In this document: one piece after another, positions 13,601 to 25,600 of the stretch
How the letters are laid out: each line of letters starts with the position of its first letter
How positions within the stretch are numbered: the first letter of the stretch is position 1
Source: Raja brachyura
Lineage: Eukaryota
DNA: 64,000 nt
Assembly (NCBI GenBank): GCA_963514005.1
Contig: OY740808.1
Coordinates: 13,826,001-13,890,000, forward strand
Direction of reading: 5' to 3'
Notes under the pieces: model-generated
Database searches by the model: none
What the model saw: only the letters and a program-made list of their open reading frames with translations
Told to the model about the DNA's origin: nothing
Program-made: the position numbers and the translations under genes

Positions 13601-16600
13601 GTGATGAGCTTTGCCACAATGGGTTTTACTTTAGGATCGCTCTTATCCAAATGCTTTGCCAGAGAACCCATGAGAATGACCACGCTTTGCCTCACAGCGT
13701 CGTAATTAGCATCATTAGGGGCATTTCTCAGGAACTCTTCAAATACCGGAAGGAGTGAAGTGACATTATCCTACAGAGAAAAGGGAACAGTAGGTTACTG
13801 GAACAATTTGCAAAGTCTGGCACCATAAAATAATACACATTTACAGCATATGAGATGATCATTCATGCCATTGTGTTTATGCTGGGCAAATCCAGCTAAT
13901 CCCACTCTTGGCCCAGAGTTCTATAAATTGACTTCATCCGGCCTCTGTTTTAATGTGGTGTGGGGTTTTATCTCCAGCATGTCAGACATTGAATGGAAAT
14001 ATTTTTCTTCACCACTTCTTTAATCCTTCCACTAATTAAGTTATACTTATGCCCCCTCACCCCCCCCCCGTTATCGATCTACCTGTTGAAAAAAATGTTT
14101 TACCTTCACTTTGATAAGTGAAGAGAAAACTTGACTTATTTTTTTTTAATACATGTCAATTAAATATTCACTCTACTGCATCGCCTCAGTTCAAGAAAAA
14201 CAATCACTTCAAGAGTTTATCTGCATAACTATAATTCCACAGCTCTGAAAACATCCTTGTAGATCCCTTCTGCATCCTCTCTAATGCCATCACATCCTTC
14301 CTTGAGTATGGCAACCAAATATGAAAAGTGCTCTCACTGCAGTCTAACATTTATAACAGTTTGTCAGTTTTAGTGCCATGTTTTTTATGTTATGTTATAA
14401 TCAGATAAAATTTGGTATAGCTAGGGAGGCAAGCAACAAATAAAAATGTACAAATCAAACACGATACGGGCCACTCAAACAGGCCATGGACAATGAGCTC
14501 AATGAGTTTAACTTGCATTCATTTAACACTCCTCACAATTAAAACAAATATTTAAAGGGATAGGTGCACCTGGCCAACAGAACCGAGTCTACAAACATAT
14601 TTATAGTCACTAGTCAGCGACATCAATTCCTTCTTTAAAAGTCTCTATCTATATACTTTCAAAATATCTTCTGAAATGTCAAGAATTATACCATCAGAGT
14701 TTGTAAATTCATGTTATATCTATTTCACATTAATAGTAATGAACTGTGACATCCTTAAGTAAGGTATCATAACCCGTTTCCTAATTCTTTACTTCCAATA
14801 CAATTTATCAACTATTGTCTTATTACTGTTCCACTAATTGTGGTATCATTTAAAGAATACCTCTGTCACAAAGGAATGGCATCGTTATGAGTCTCTTCTT
14901 TAAATTATTAGAAATACTCACCTCAGAAGAAAACCCAAGGCAAACAATATCCATGAATGAAGCTTAGTTGTACTTACAATGTTCTTTCATGACCTCAACA
15001 TCCCAAAGCACTTACAGCTAATTAAATATGATTAAAGTGTGGTCATTTGGCCACAGCCAATTTGCATTAAATAATCCCGTAACTAAATATAATAGCAGCT
15101 GGGTTTTTTTCTAAGTGCTGTTAGGCCAGGGACAAACGTTGGCCAGAACACCCTTGCCACATATCAGCTAGTGGCTTGCGAACATTTCCTGCATTTAATA
15201 CCTGATCTGAAATACAGCACTTCCAATGATACAGCATCTCTTCAACAGAGCAAAAGAGTGTCAACCAAGATTTTCATGCTCATGTCCCTCCAGTCCTCTG
15301 CCTGAGAGACAATGCCCTCGCAGTGGAGAGACTGAGGTACAGTTGAACTTTTAAGATTCCCAGTGGCTCCACAGCTGCTACAAGCACCTCAATAATGCCT
15401 CCATCCTTGACAAACGATTTGTCAACCATTACCTAATCATTGATGTTTGAACACCATGAACCCAGTGCCACAAACGCTAGTTACTTCATACAGTAGATAG
15501 ACCTACCTTTCCATGGGTGTTAAGTGCAGAAAGAGCCGCATCCAACATGCACTTTCTGACCTCAGGGTGACGGTCATTCAAGGCTTCAGGCACATAGAAT
15601 TGAAATAGGAGCTTGACTTGTGATCCATCGAAATACTGGGATAGTTTGTTCAAAGCCAGAGCAATTCCACACCTACAGAAGTGAGAGCACTCCATTATAA
15701 GCTTTTCCCCACATGTTAAATAGCAGTTTACATAAGCCTGTGCATAAAATCCCAAGCAAATACTCAGTAAAATGGCCCCACATAGTTCTAAGGGATCTTC
15801 GTTTCAGTTGTATCTGTTGGAAGACAATCAAGATGGGCAAGCCAAAAATGGCAACATTGTCTGAAGGGTCACGACCTGAAAGATCACCTATCATTTTTCT
15901 CTGGACATACTGCCTGACCCAGTGAGTTATTCCAGCACCTTCTGCCTATCTAAGGCAAAGCAAAAATAGCATCTGCTTTAGCGAGAAGAAAGAGCCCATA
16001 CAATCTGCCTGAGGTCCACTGACCTCTGCTGGAAGGTATGCATATGCATAGACATTGAGGCTAGGCTCAGCAAAAGCTCCTTTACCAGTCACTACTTTGG
16101 TCAAATAAATTTGGCCATTTGGATGAGATCCTGGAGGGAAACTGGCATTGATGGAACACCACCTTCATATTCACCACAATGTGCATCGTACCTCAACTTA
16201 AAAATGCCACCAGTCCTTTGTAGCTGATGGCCAAGATCCCCCAACTCCACAATGAATAATGCAATGCAGAGTTGCAGCCCAATGTACAAAGGAGTCACCA
16301 ACCCAAATTTGTAAATCAGTTTCTTTACAAGTGGAATAGAATTCTAATGTCAACACATGGGTCAGAGACACTGCCTCCGAGCCTAATGTTGCTATATACC
16401 CTCAGCCCCCCTGATTTGTTTTAAAATTGCTGGGTGTGGAAACCTCAATATGAACATCCACCCTTCGGAATAGTTGAGGCATAATGGGACATGCTACAGC
16501 TATTTGTAAATGTGGCATGCATATATCAGAGGGTATTTGTCCTTCATTGCATGTACTGAATCCTTAGATAGCTATAGATAAGGAATATATGCTGGCCTTG

Positions 16601-19600
16601 GCAATGAGGCACACATGACAAGCAATAACATGCAAAAATAATTTCCAGCTTAGATTTAGGTAGATACTGCACATGAAGGGCATCAAGGAGGAACAACAGA
16701 GGAAAAGGCACTGCATGTTAGCTACCTTTCACACAACACTCACACACCGTACCTGGCTTCCCACTGATCAGGTGGAGATTCGGATATTACTCGACCAAGA
16801 GCATCCAACACTGGAGGTGGCCTCTGCACAAAACAATTAGATTCATCAGCAATTACTGACAACTGAAAGCTAGAAATTGACATTGACATGAACTCAAAGA
16901 ATGAACGTGAGAAAAAGTTTCTAAATATTTTTCTTCCTCCTTTAATTAACAAAATGAAAACTTCAACGTACTCAGTCTGGTCCGGACAATAAGCTGTGAA
17001 CCTGGACGATGCATCATTGGAATAATTACGTTTATTCCTATGAAATTTCTGTCCTTCCCACTGTTTATCTTCTACATATGCCTCTCATACTAATATTAAT
17101 ACATTTAACTCCCTGCTTTTGCAATTTTTTTAATTTTAGGGAAGGCGTAATGAAAATTAGCATGAAACGTTTACATTTATACCTGTTCATTACATCTCAC
17201 TGAATTTATATTTGGTCTTTGAAGCTGACTCTTGGCAGGCTACAAATGTTTGCTCACTAATATGCTTCCCCTTCCTAAATGTACTTTGTGCCAGCATCAC
17301 CCAAAACAAATATTCCACTGAATTAACCATCCAAAACTTAATTCCCTCTTCAAGAGTTCTTCCATGAACTAACAAGCAAAGAAAACCAAGGCATCTACAC
17401 GTCCAAGTTCGGATGAGGATCCTTTGCATTCTTTCCTTACATTTCTCCTCAAGAGAGCTTACGTAAAATTCTTACATATAGTTTCTCCTGGTAAATTTCA
17501 ATCAGCTTAGCCATCACTTCAGCAGCCTGCTGCTGATACTGTGCCACAGCATTGGACAGTGCTTCTGCTCCTGCTTGGCGTATTGCTTCCTCATGATATA
17601 TCACATCCTTAATCAGTAGTGAGCAGAGGTTTGGCTGCAACTCCAGTGCCATGGTGTCCCACAATCTGAGACATAAAAGGAATCATAAAAGAGCATTTAG
17701 ATGATCACTGTTGAGACTCCTACAATCTTTTACCTGATGCAGAGCCCAAACAAACAGATAAATTAGCCACAAAATGCCGGAGTAACTCCGCGGGACAGGC
17801 AGCATCTCTGGAGAGAAGGGCTGGATGAAGTTTCGGGTGAAGTCCGAAGAAGGGTCTCAACCTGAAACGTCACCCATTCATTCTCTTCAGAGATGCTGCC
17901 TGTCCTGCTGAGTTACTACAACTTTTTGCGTCTATTTAATATATTTAGTGGTCTGTATAACATAATTAAAATAAGATATCAAAACATTTCAAATCACTTA
18001 TCTTTTATAATGGAACAAAACAAATACATTTTATAAACAAAGACCATTAAAACATCTCAGTCAATTCCATACTTTTCAAAACATAATCACTTCTATAATA
18101 CTGGGGGAAACAACCAATTTTCATTAACCAGCTCCTCGAAACAGCAATGAAAATAATCAATCCGTTTTAGTAATGTTGATTAAAGAACAGTACCAAGTCT
18201 CAGACAGTACTAATAACTTCCTTCCTCCACTTTAAACTAGTGCCATGGGATCTCTTGCAACAACTGTGAGACCAAAGGTTTAATATCTATTTTAGAAGAA
18301 GCCATCCCAAGAGAGCAGTATTTCCACAGAATTGTACTGCAAATCACAATGGTACCAGGAAAAATAAAATCATAATGACTTCTTACAACAGGAGGTTGGA
18401 TATTTAGTAGGCTTATAGGACATACTCAATGAGTACTGTTATTGTGCGAAGATAGACCACTCAAACACTAATGAAGAAACATTAAGTTATGAGCACTCTT
18501 ATCATCACAATAGGTTGCCAGTAAACAAGTCCTTACTTTTTAGCCTGCAGTCTGCTCTCATCATCAACGTCAAACTGGCAAATCCACAGTCTGCGCAGTA
18601 GGTTCAATCCATTCTTCTCATCACTGTCTGGAGTGGGCAGCACCATGTTCATCTCCAGCAATCCCTGCAAAACAGCAGACGCACAGGATGACTTCTACCA
18701 TCTATTAAGCCTGCCTTAAACTTCTACAGAACAAATTACAGAACCTTACAAGGTGTCAGCCACGTGTCAATGGCAGCAGCACTTAGTGCCAAAAGGCTGC
18801 AAGTTCACATCCACTTTCAGAGACCCAAGTGCAAAATCTAAGGTGACAGAATGCAAAATGAGGATGTAAAGCACCAATGTGGGGACTGAGAGTATGCAAC
18901 CAGCAGGGCGAAAATGATTCCATAATACTCAAATGCAGAATCTCCCTGGGGCTTGTCCAATTGCTATCAATGGATGGTCAGCACCTCATATTTAGCTTGG
19001 CTTGCTTGCACCCCAGCGGTATGAATATTAACTTCTCGAACTTCAAGCAGCCCTTGCATTCCCTCTCCCCATCCCCCCTGACCAGTCTTACTGTCTCAGA
19101 CAACATTTTATATCTGTACTGCCCAATCCCCTGACATCAGTCAGAAGAAAGGTCTCATAGAAACAAAGAAACATAGAAAATAGAAGCAGGAGTAGGCCAT
19201 TCGGCCCAACGAGCCAGCAAAGCTATTCAATATGATGATCATGGCTGATCACCCAAAAACCAGTACCCCGTTCCTGCTTTTTCCCCCATATCCCTTGATT
19301 CCCTTAGCCCTACGAGGTAAATCTAACGCTCTTTTGAAAACATCCAGTGAGTTGGCCTCCACTCCCTTCTGTTCCACAGATTCATAACTCTCTGGGTGAA
19401 AAAGTTTTTCCTCATCTCAGTCCTAAATGGCCTATTCTTAAACTGTGACCCCTGGTTCTGGATTCCCCCAACATCGCAAACATTTTTTCCTGCATCTACG
19501 CTGTCCAATCCTCTAAGAATGTTATATGTAATAATTTTATAAGATTTCCTCTCATCCTTTAAATTCCAGCAAATACAAGCCCAGTTGACCCATTCTTTCA

Positions 19601-22600
19601 TCGTACGTCAATCCCGCTATCCCGGGAATTAACCTGATGAACCTACGCTGCACTCCCTCAATAGCAATAATGTCCCTCCTCAAATTAGGAGACCAAAATT
19701 GCAAACAATACTCCAGGCATGGTCTCACCAGGGCCCTATACAACTGCAGTAGGACCTCCTTCCTCCTAAATTCAAATCCTCTTGCAATGAAGGCCAACAA
19801 GCCATTGGCTTGCTTCACTGCCTGCTGTACCCGTATGCTTACTTTCAGTGACTGATGTACAAGCTCAGGTCTCGTTGCACCTATCCTTCTCCTAATCTGA
19901 TACCATTCAGATAATAGGTAGACACAAAAATGCTGGAGTAACTCAGCGGAACAGGCAGCATCTCTGGAGAGAAGGAATGGATGACGTTTCGGGGCGAGAC
20001 CCTTCTTCAGACTGACGAAGGTATGTCTACCATTCCGATAATAATATGCCTTCTTGTTCTTGCCATCAAAGTGGATAACCTCACATTTATCCACATTATA
20101 CTGCATCTGCAATGCTTCTGAGACTGCATGTCATCCTGCAGCCACATAGCATCCTCTACGCAGCTTACAGTGCCACCCAGCTTTGTGTCATCTGCAAACT
20201 TAGAGATGTTACATTTAATTCCCTCGTCTAAATTGTCAATATATATTGCTAACAACTAGGATCCCAGCACCGAGCCTTGCGGCACCCCACTAGTCACCTG
20301 CTATTCTGAAATGGACCCGTTAATTCCTACTCTTTGCTTGCTTTCTGCCAATCAGTTCTCCATCCATGTCCATACCCTGCCCCCAGTACCATGTGCTTTA
20401 ATTTTGCACATTAATCTCTTGTGTGGGTCTCCCTTATCCATACTACTTGTTACATCCTCAACAAAATCCAAAAGATTAGTCAAGCACGAGTTCCCCTTCA
20501 TAAATCCATGCTGACTTTGATTGATCTCATCACTGCTTTCCAAATGCTCTGCCATAACATCTTTCTCAACCCAAAATGTCACCCTTCCTTCACCCCAGAG
20601 ATGCTGCCTGTCCCGCTGAGTTACTCCAGCATTTTGTGTATTTTTGATGGTCTGGACAATATGACTGCTATTTATGGAAAAAGCAGGAGTGCTTTTCACT
20701 GGCTGAAATGCACTGATATGCTAAAATACAAATGCTTTTCCTCTGCTGTTTATGTGGCCTCCATATCAGTCCTCCCTACAGCCCTCTATGCCAGTGAGAC
20801 ATGGAAAATCAATGTGAAGATGGAAAAGAAATTGAATGTATCCCAACAACGCTGCTTGAGGAAGATCCTGAAGACTAGCGGCAGAGAACACATCACAAAC
20901 GAGGAGATCTACCAGGAAACTGCAACAAAGCCTCTCAGCCAGGACATAGAGGGACGCAGGATGAAGTCTGCAGGATGTGTACTCAGAATGTCACCAGACC
21001 GTGCACCTCAGAGAGCAATGACATGGCAACTTGACGGAAGAAGAAAAAGAGGCCGACCAAAACAAACATGGAGGCGAACATTCCAGAAGTATTTGGAAGC
21101 CCGGGACGAAAGCCTATCGAGGGTGGAAGACATCGCACATAACCGAACAGAACGGCGAAAGCTTGCTGCCCAATGCACTCAACAGTGTGAGAGGAACTAA
21201 GTCTAAGTAAGTCATATTAAGGGGGGGGGGGGGGGGGTGAGAAAGGGGGTGGAACTGGAGGTCTGCAACATTGCATTCTGCCTTCAGTCATTGAAACACA
21301 CACAAAAATGACCAGGATCTCTAACGCAGCATCCCCACAAGGAAGAAGTTGTGCCATTCGTCACCCAGGACCCACACTCGGGAGTTTCTCTTAGAATTAT
21401 AAAATTACAAATTAAGAGCAAAGAGAGAGGTTTTGCAAACCATATCCATGTGCAACTATCCACCCGAATGCATTTACCAGCTTTTGCTCAATTACCTTGT
21501 AGGTATCAGCATTCTGTAACTTGGTTCACCTTCCCACATGTATATCCAACTATCGCAAGTGATGCAAGTTTATGCTTCACCCACCCTTTTAAGCAGAGTG
21601 ACTACAACCATTCACCGGGTAAGGAGAAAGCTGCTGCTTCTTCCTGTTACTGCTTTAACGATTGTTTTAAATATATGCCCCTCTCTTCCACTGATGACTG
21701 TTTTCTTTCACTTTCAGCCTCCTCTGTGCCAAAGAACACAACTGAACACCATCAAATCTTCCATCATTGCAGAAATTCTCCAGGACGAAGTAAAAATCTT
21801 TGAACTCTTCATGTAATCACATCTTCCTGTAGGATGATGACCAGTATTGTATACAGAATTTTAGATTTTTTAGTTTTAAAGATACAGTAGTGTGGTCCAT
21901 GCTGATCAATAATCCCCACACAATAGTTTTGTCCAACAGCTCAGGGACAATTTACAGACGTAATTAACCTACAAACCTGCACGTTTTTGGAGAGTGGGAG
22001 AAAACCTTTGCGTTGCGGGGAGAACCTACAAATTCCATACAGACAGCACCAATAGTCCGGATCGCACCCAGGTCTCTGATGCTATAAAGGGACTGTCCCA
22101 CTTGGCGATTTTTTTGGCGACTGGCGACATCATTGACTGACATATCATGTCACCTAAAAATACGCGGCATGATGACGTATGGCATGTCGCGACCACTTTT
22201 TTGTGTTGATCAGTGTCGCCAAACCCTTTTGCCGACACTGATATCGTGCTGGCAAAATCGCCAAGGGGTTCAGGCCCTGCCTCCAGCATCTCTATTTTCT
22301 TAGTCCTGGAGAATTTCTGCAATGATGGAAGATTTGGCGGTGTTTTGAGTTGCTGCCTCCAGCATCTCTGTGCCACCCTAGGTGCAGTCTAACTCTACAC
22401 AACACAGTTTTAGCACAACTATCAAGCTTCGATATTTATGCCTGAACATCCACAATATCATGCTGACTACCTGTGGCCATGCATTGCAAGGTCCATCTGT
22501 CCCTTTATATCTCTTTGCAAAAATTGGTGTAGGCGAGTGGCTCTGAGGTCAAGGACCAGTCACGATCTTATTGAATGGTAGAAAGGTAGGTGATGCTGCA

Positions 22601-25600
22601 GCCCCAGCCACTTCTTATATTCCTATGCAAAGAAGGATTTAATTGTGATCAAAAGCTTGTTCAGCAGGCTAGATTTTAAGAAATGGTCTGGAAAGAAAGG
22701 CAGACATTGTGTTAAAGACAATCTAGGGCATGACAAGGCAAACATATATTTTCTTGCCTTGGGTTTTCCTTTCCCAAAATTATTACCTGAAATTTTACCT
22801 CTGTGGAATAAACTCCATGCAGGTTTAGCGTTCAATGAACCAGTTGATATCCTCATACGTCATCCTCATCCTATTGCTTTAACAATTATGGTCAACCACA
22901 TGCAGGGTTTTTGTATCACATGCCAGTGAGGAATCATGCCTCCTTGACGTCTAACACACCAAACCCATTGAAATTCCAGTGGAAAGATCCCTTCAGCAAC
23001 CAATGCAGCTACCCAAATGACCCACGTATTTCAATGTTAATAAGCAGAAAATTTGAATGGAAGTTTTGTTACCCTGAGAGCAGCATCCCGCACTGCCGAA
23101 CACGGTGACAGCAGAGCTTGTAAGAGGACATCAACCTCCTCCTGTTCAGCATAAGCACATCCTTCCTCTCCACTGCTGCTGGCACACAAGGATGTCAGAG
23201 TATTGGAAGCCAGTACCTAAAAGGACAGATGTGATTTTGACATTTTACAAATTAACTGGAATCCAAATGTTCTCTTTCCATCTACTTGCTGCTTTGCCAT
23301 GAAATGAACACTCTTTGCAGAATCAGGAGAATAAACATGGAAGATGTTGATACAAAGTGCTGGAGTAACTAACTCATCGGGTCAGGCAGCATCTCTGGAG
23401 GACATGGATGGTGACATTTCGTGTTGGGACCCTTCTTCAGTTTGCAGTGCGTGGCTGAAAGGGGAGAGGCAGGGAAATTGAATGAAGGAAGATCATGAGT
23501 GGGAGGATTAGAATGAAAATTGGAAGGAGGATAGGTAGTCTGGGAAAGTGGGTCACAGTACCTTGAAGATTGGATAAGGAAATTGAATAAGAAGAAGTTC
23601 GAAGACCTGAAATGTCACCTTTTCACATTCTCCATAAATGCTGCCATACATACTAAGTTTCTCCAAAACGGTGTGCTTTTTTTGTAAACCATGATTTGCA
23701 GTTCTTCGTGGCTCCATGGAAGATGATGGCATGTTTTAATGCTGTTTATGGATCCTTGCTAAGCAATCTTATCTAATTGCACCATCTATCAGGTAAATCA
23801 CATGGCACAAAATGTTACCCGTTAATCTTCTGGATTTAATATAAAATGTAATGCTCTAAGTATACGTACTTTCTGAAGACATCAATATTCAAGTTACTGA
23901 GGCTGCACTAATTAAATTAGGCAGTTACAGAAAAATTATTAGCTTAAATTAATAATCTTCTGGTAAAAATTGAGTGACAACATAAATCTGCTTTTATTGA
24001 GGAATAAGCTAAAGAAGGACAGTCAACAAAGATGCTATAAGGGAAGATCCTGTATAACTTAATTAAAAGTATTTTTGAGATAACCAGGATATCTGATCTT
24101 AGTGAGACAACTGACCAAATGCAGCATGGGAGATCCATCAAGAACCTAAAAGTCTATGGGACCCAAAGGAAAGCAATAAGTTGGGTCAAAAATTACTCTG
24201 CCCAATGAGCAACTTGGCAACTGGTGCACCGAGTAAGCCATTTTTTCTTATGGGATATTGAAATGATTTTGACTTAAGTAGGGATGTTGTAATTAAGACA
24301 TTTGGCAATGGCTTCAAAACTGGCTGAATGGTTCAAGGTAAACATTTTCACACCAAGAAAAGGGAAGGGGTTGTCAAATCTAGAAAACAAAACAAAAATG
24401 AAGCTTACATTAGACAATAAGTGTTTAATGCAAAAAAAAAAAACCAGGAGTGTTCTGGAAGTTTACAATTAAATTAAGGGGAAATGTAGAAGATCAAAAT
24501 TCTGGAAGAAGTCAGTGGGTCAGACATCAGTGGAGGGAATCGGTAGATGTTGTTTTGGGTTGGGACCCTCCTTCAGATTGATCAATCTGATGAAAGATCC
24601 TGACCCGAAATGGTGTCTGCCCATTCCCTCCACAGACTTAAATTAACAATCATCCCAGTCTCTGAAAATGAATGAAACTGCAAAGATTTCTCAGCATTTT
24701 AATGTTTCTGAGAGGGATGGAAGACGATTCAAATTATGTGTAGGAAGGAACTGTAGATTGCTGTTTTAAATCGAAGATAAGGCACAAAATGCTGGAGTAA
24801 CTCAGTGGGACAGGCAGCATCTCTGGAGAAAAGGAATGGGTGACGTTTTAGGTTGAGACCCTTCTTAAAATTATGATGTTGATTAAAGGAGAAGAAAGGA
24901 ATATACCAAGCAATTAGATGCTAATTAGCTTAAATTCTCAGATAGAATTATTGGAATCAATTCTGAGGGACAATATAAACCTTCAATTAGATAGACACAG
25001 ATGAATCAAAGACTGTCAGAATGAAATTAAGAGGGAAGGTTGTGTGGGCTAATACATTGTTTTCTTGAGGAAGCATCAAAGAGGGTCAATGAGGGTGATG
25101 AGGCTGTGTTCTACTTGGATGTTAGCAAGTCTTTTCACAAAGTCTCAATTGGTAGTTTGGTCAAAAAAACATGGGATCAAAGAGAAAGTGGAAAAAGTGA
25201 ATACCCAAGGGCAAAAGAAGAAGGTGGAAACATTCATCACATTGAAAAAGTTCTAGAATGTGATCTATAGGGGTACAGAGATGGAGCAATAAGTGGGATT
25301 ACGTTTTCCTTTTGACTGGCAACCACACAATGAGTCAAATAGCCTGCTTGCCTCGTAAACATTATATAATTCTATTTTGGGCAACAGCAGGACATTCGAT
25401 GGACTAGTTAAGCAAGCTCAAAAGAAGCAAATAGGTTTCAGCTCAGTGAAGTATGTGATAAAGAATTTTGGAAAGGTCAATGAAGGAAGGATGGCATGAT
25501 AAACAGTAGGATACTAACATATACAGGAGCAGAGGAACCTTGGAGCACATGCATCCAAATCCTTGAAGATAGTAAGTCAGATAAATATAGAATTTAAGGA

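Noticed and set aside
20421-21200. Longest ORF (259 aa) as a host gene
   Set aside because: It is a chance fusion of antisense CR1, a Penelope terminus and the C-terminus of an RTE LINE.
21221-21237. Poly-G/poly-C runs (also about 3358 and 10456) as functional quadruplexes
   Set aside because: They lie at repeat edges, are common in such genomes, and homopolymer lengths are unreliable in assemblies.
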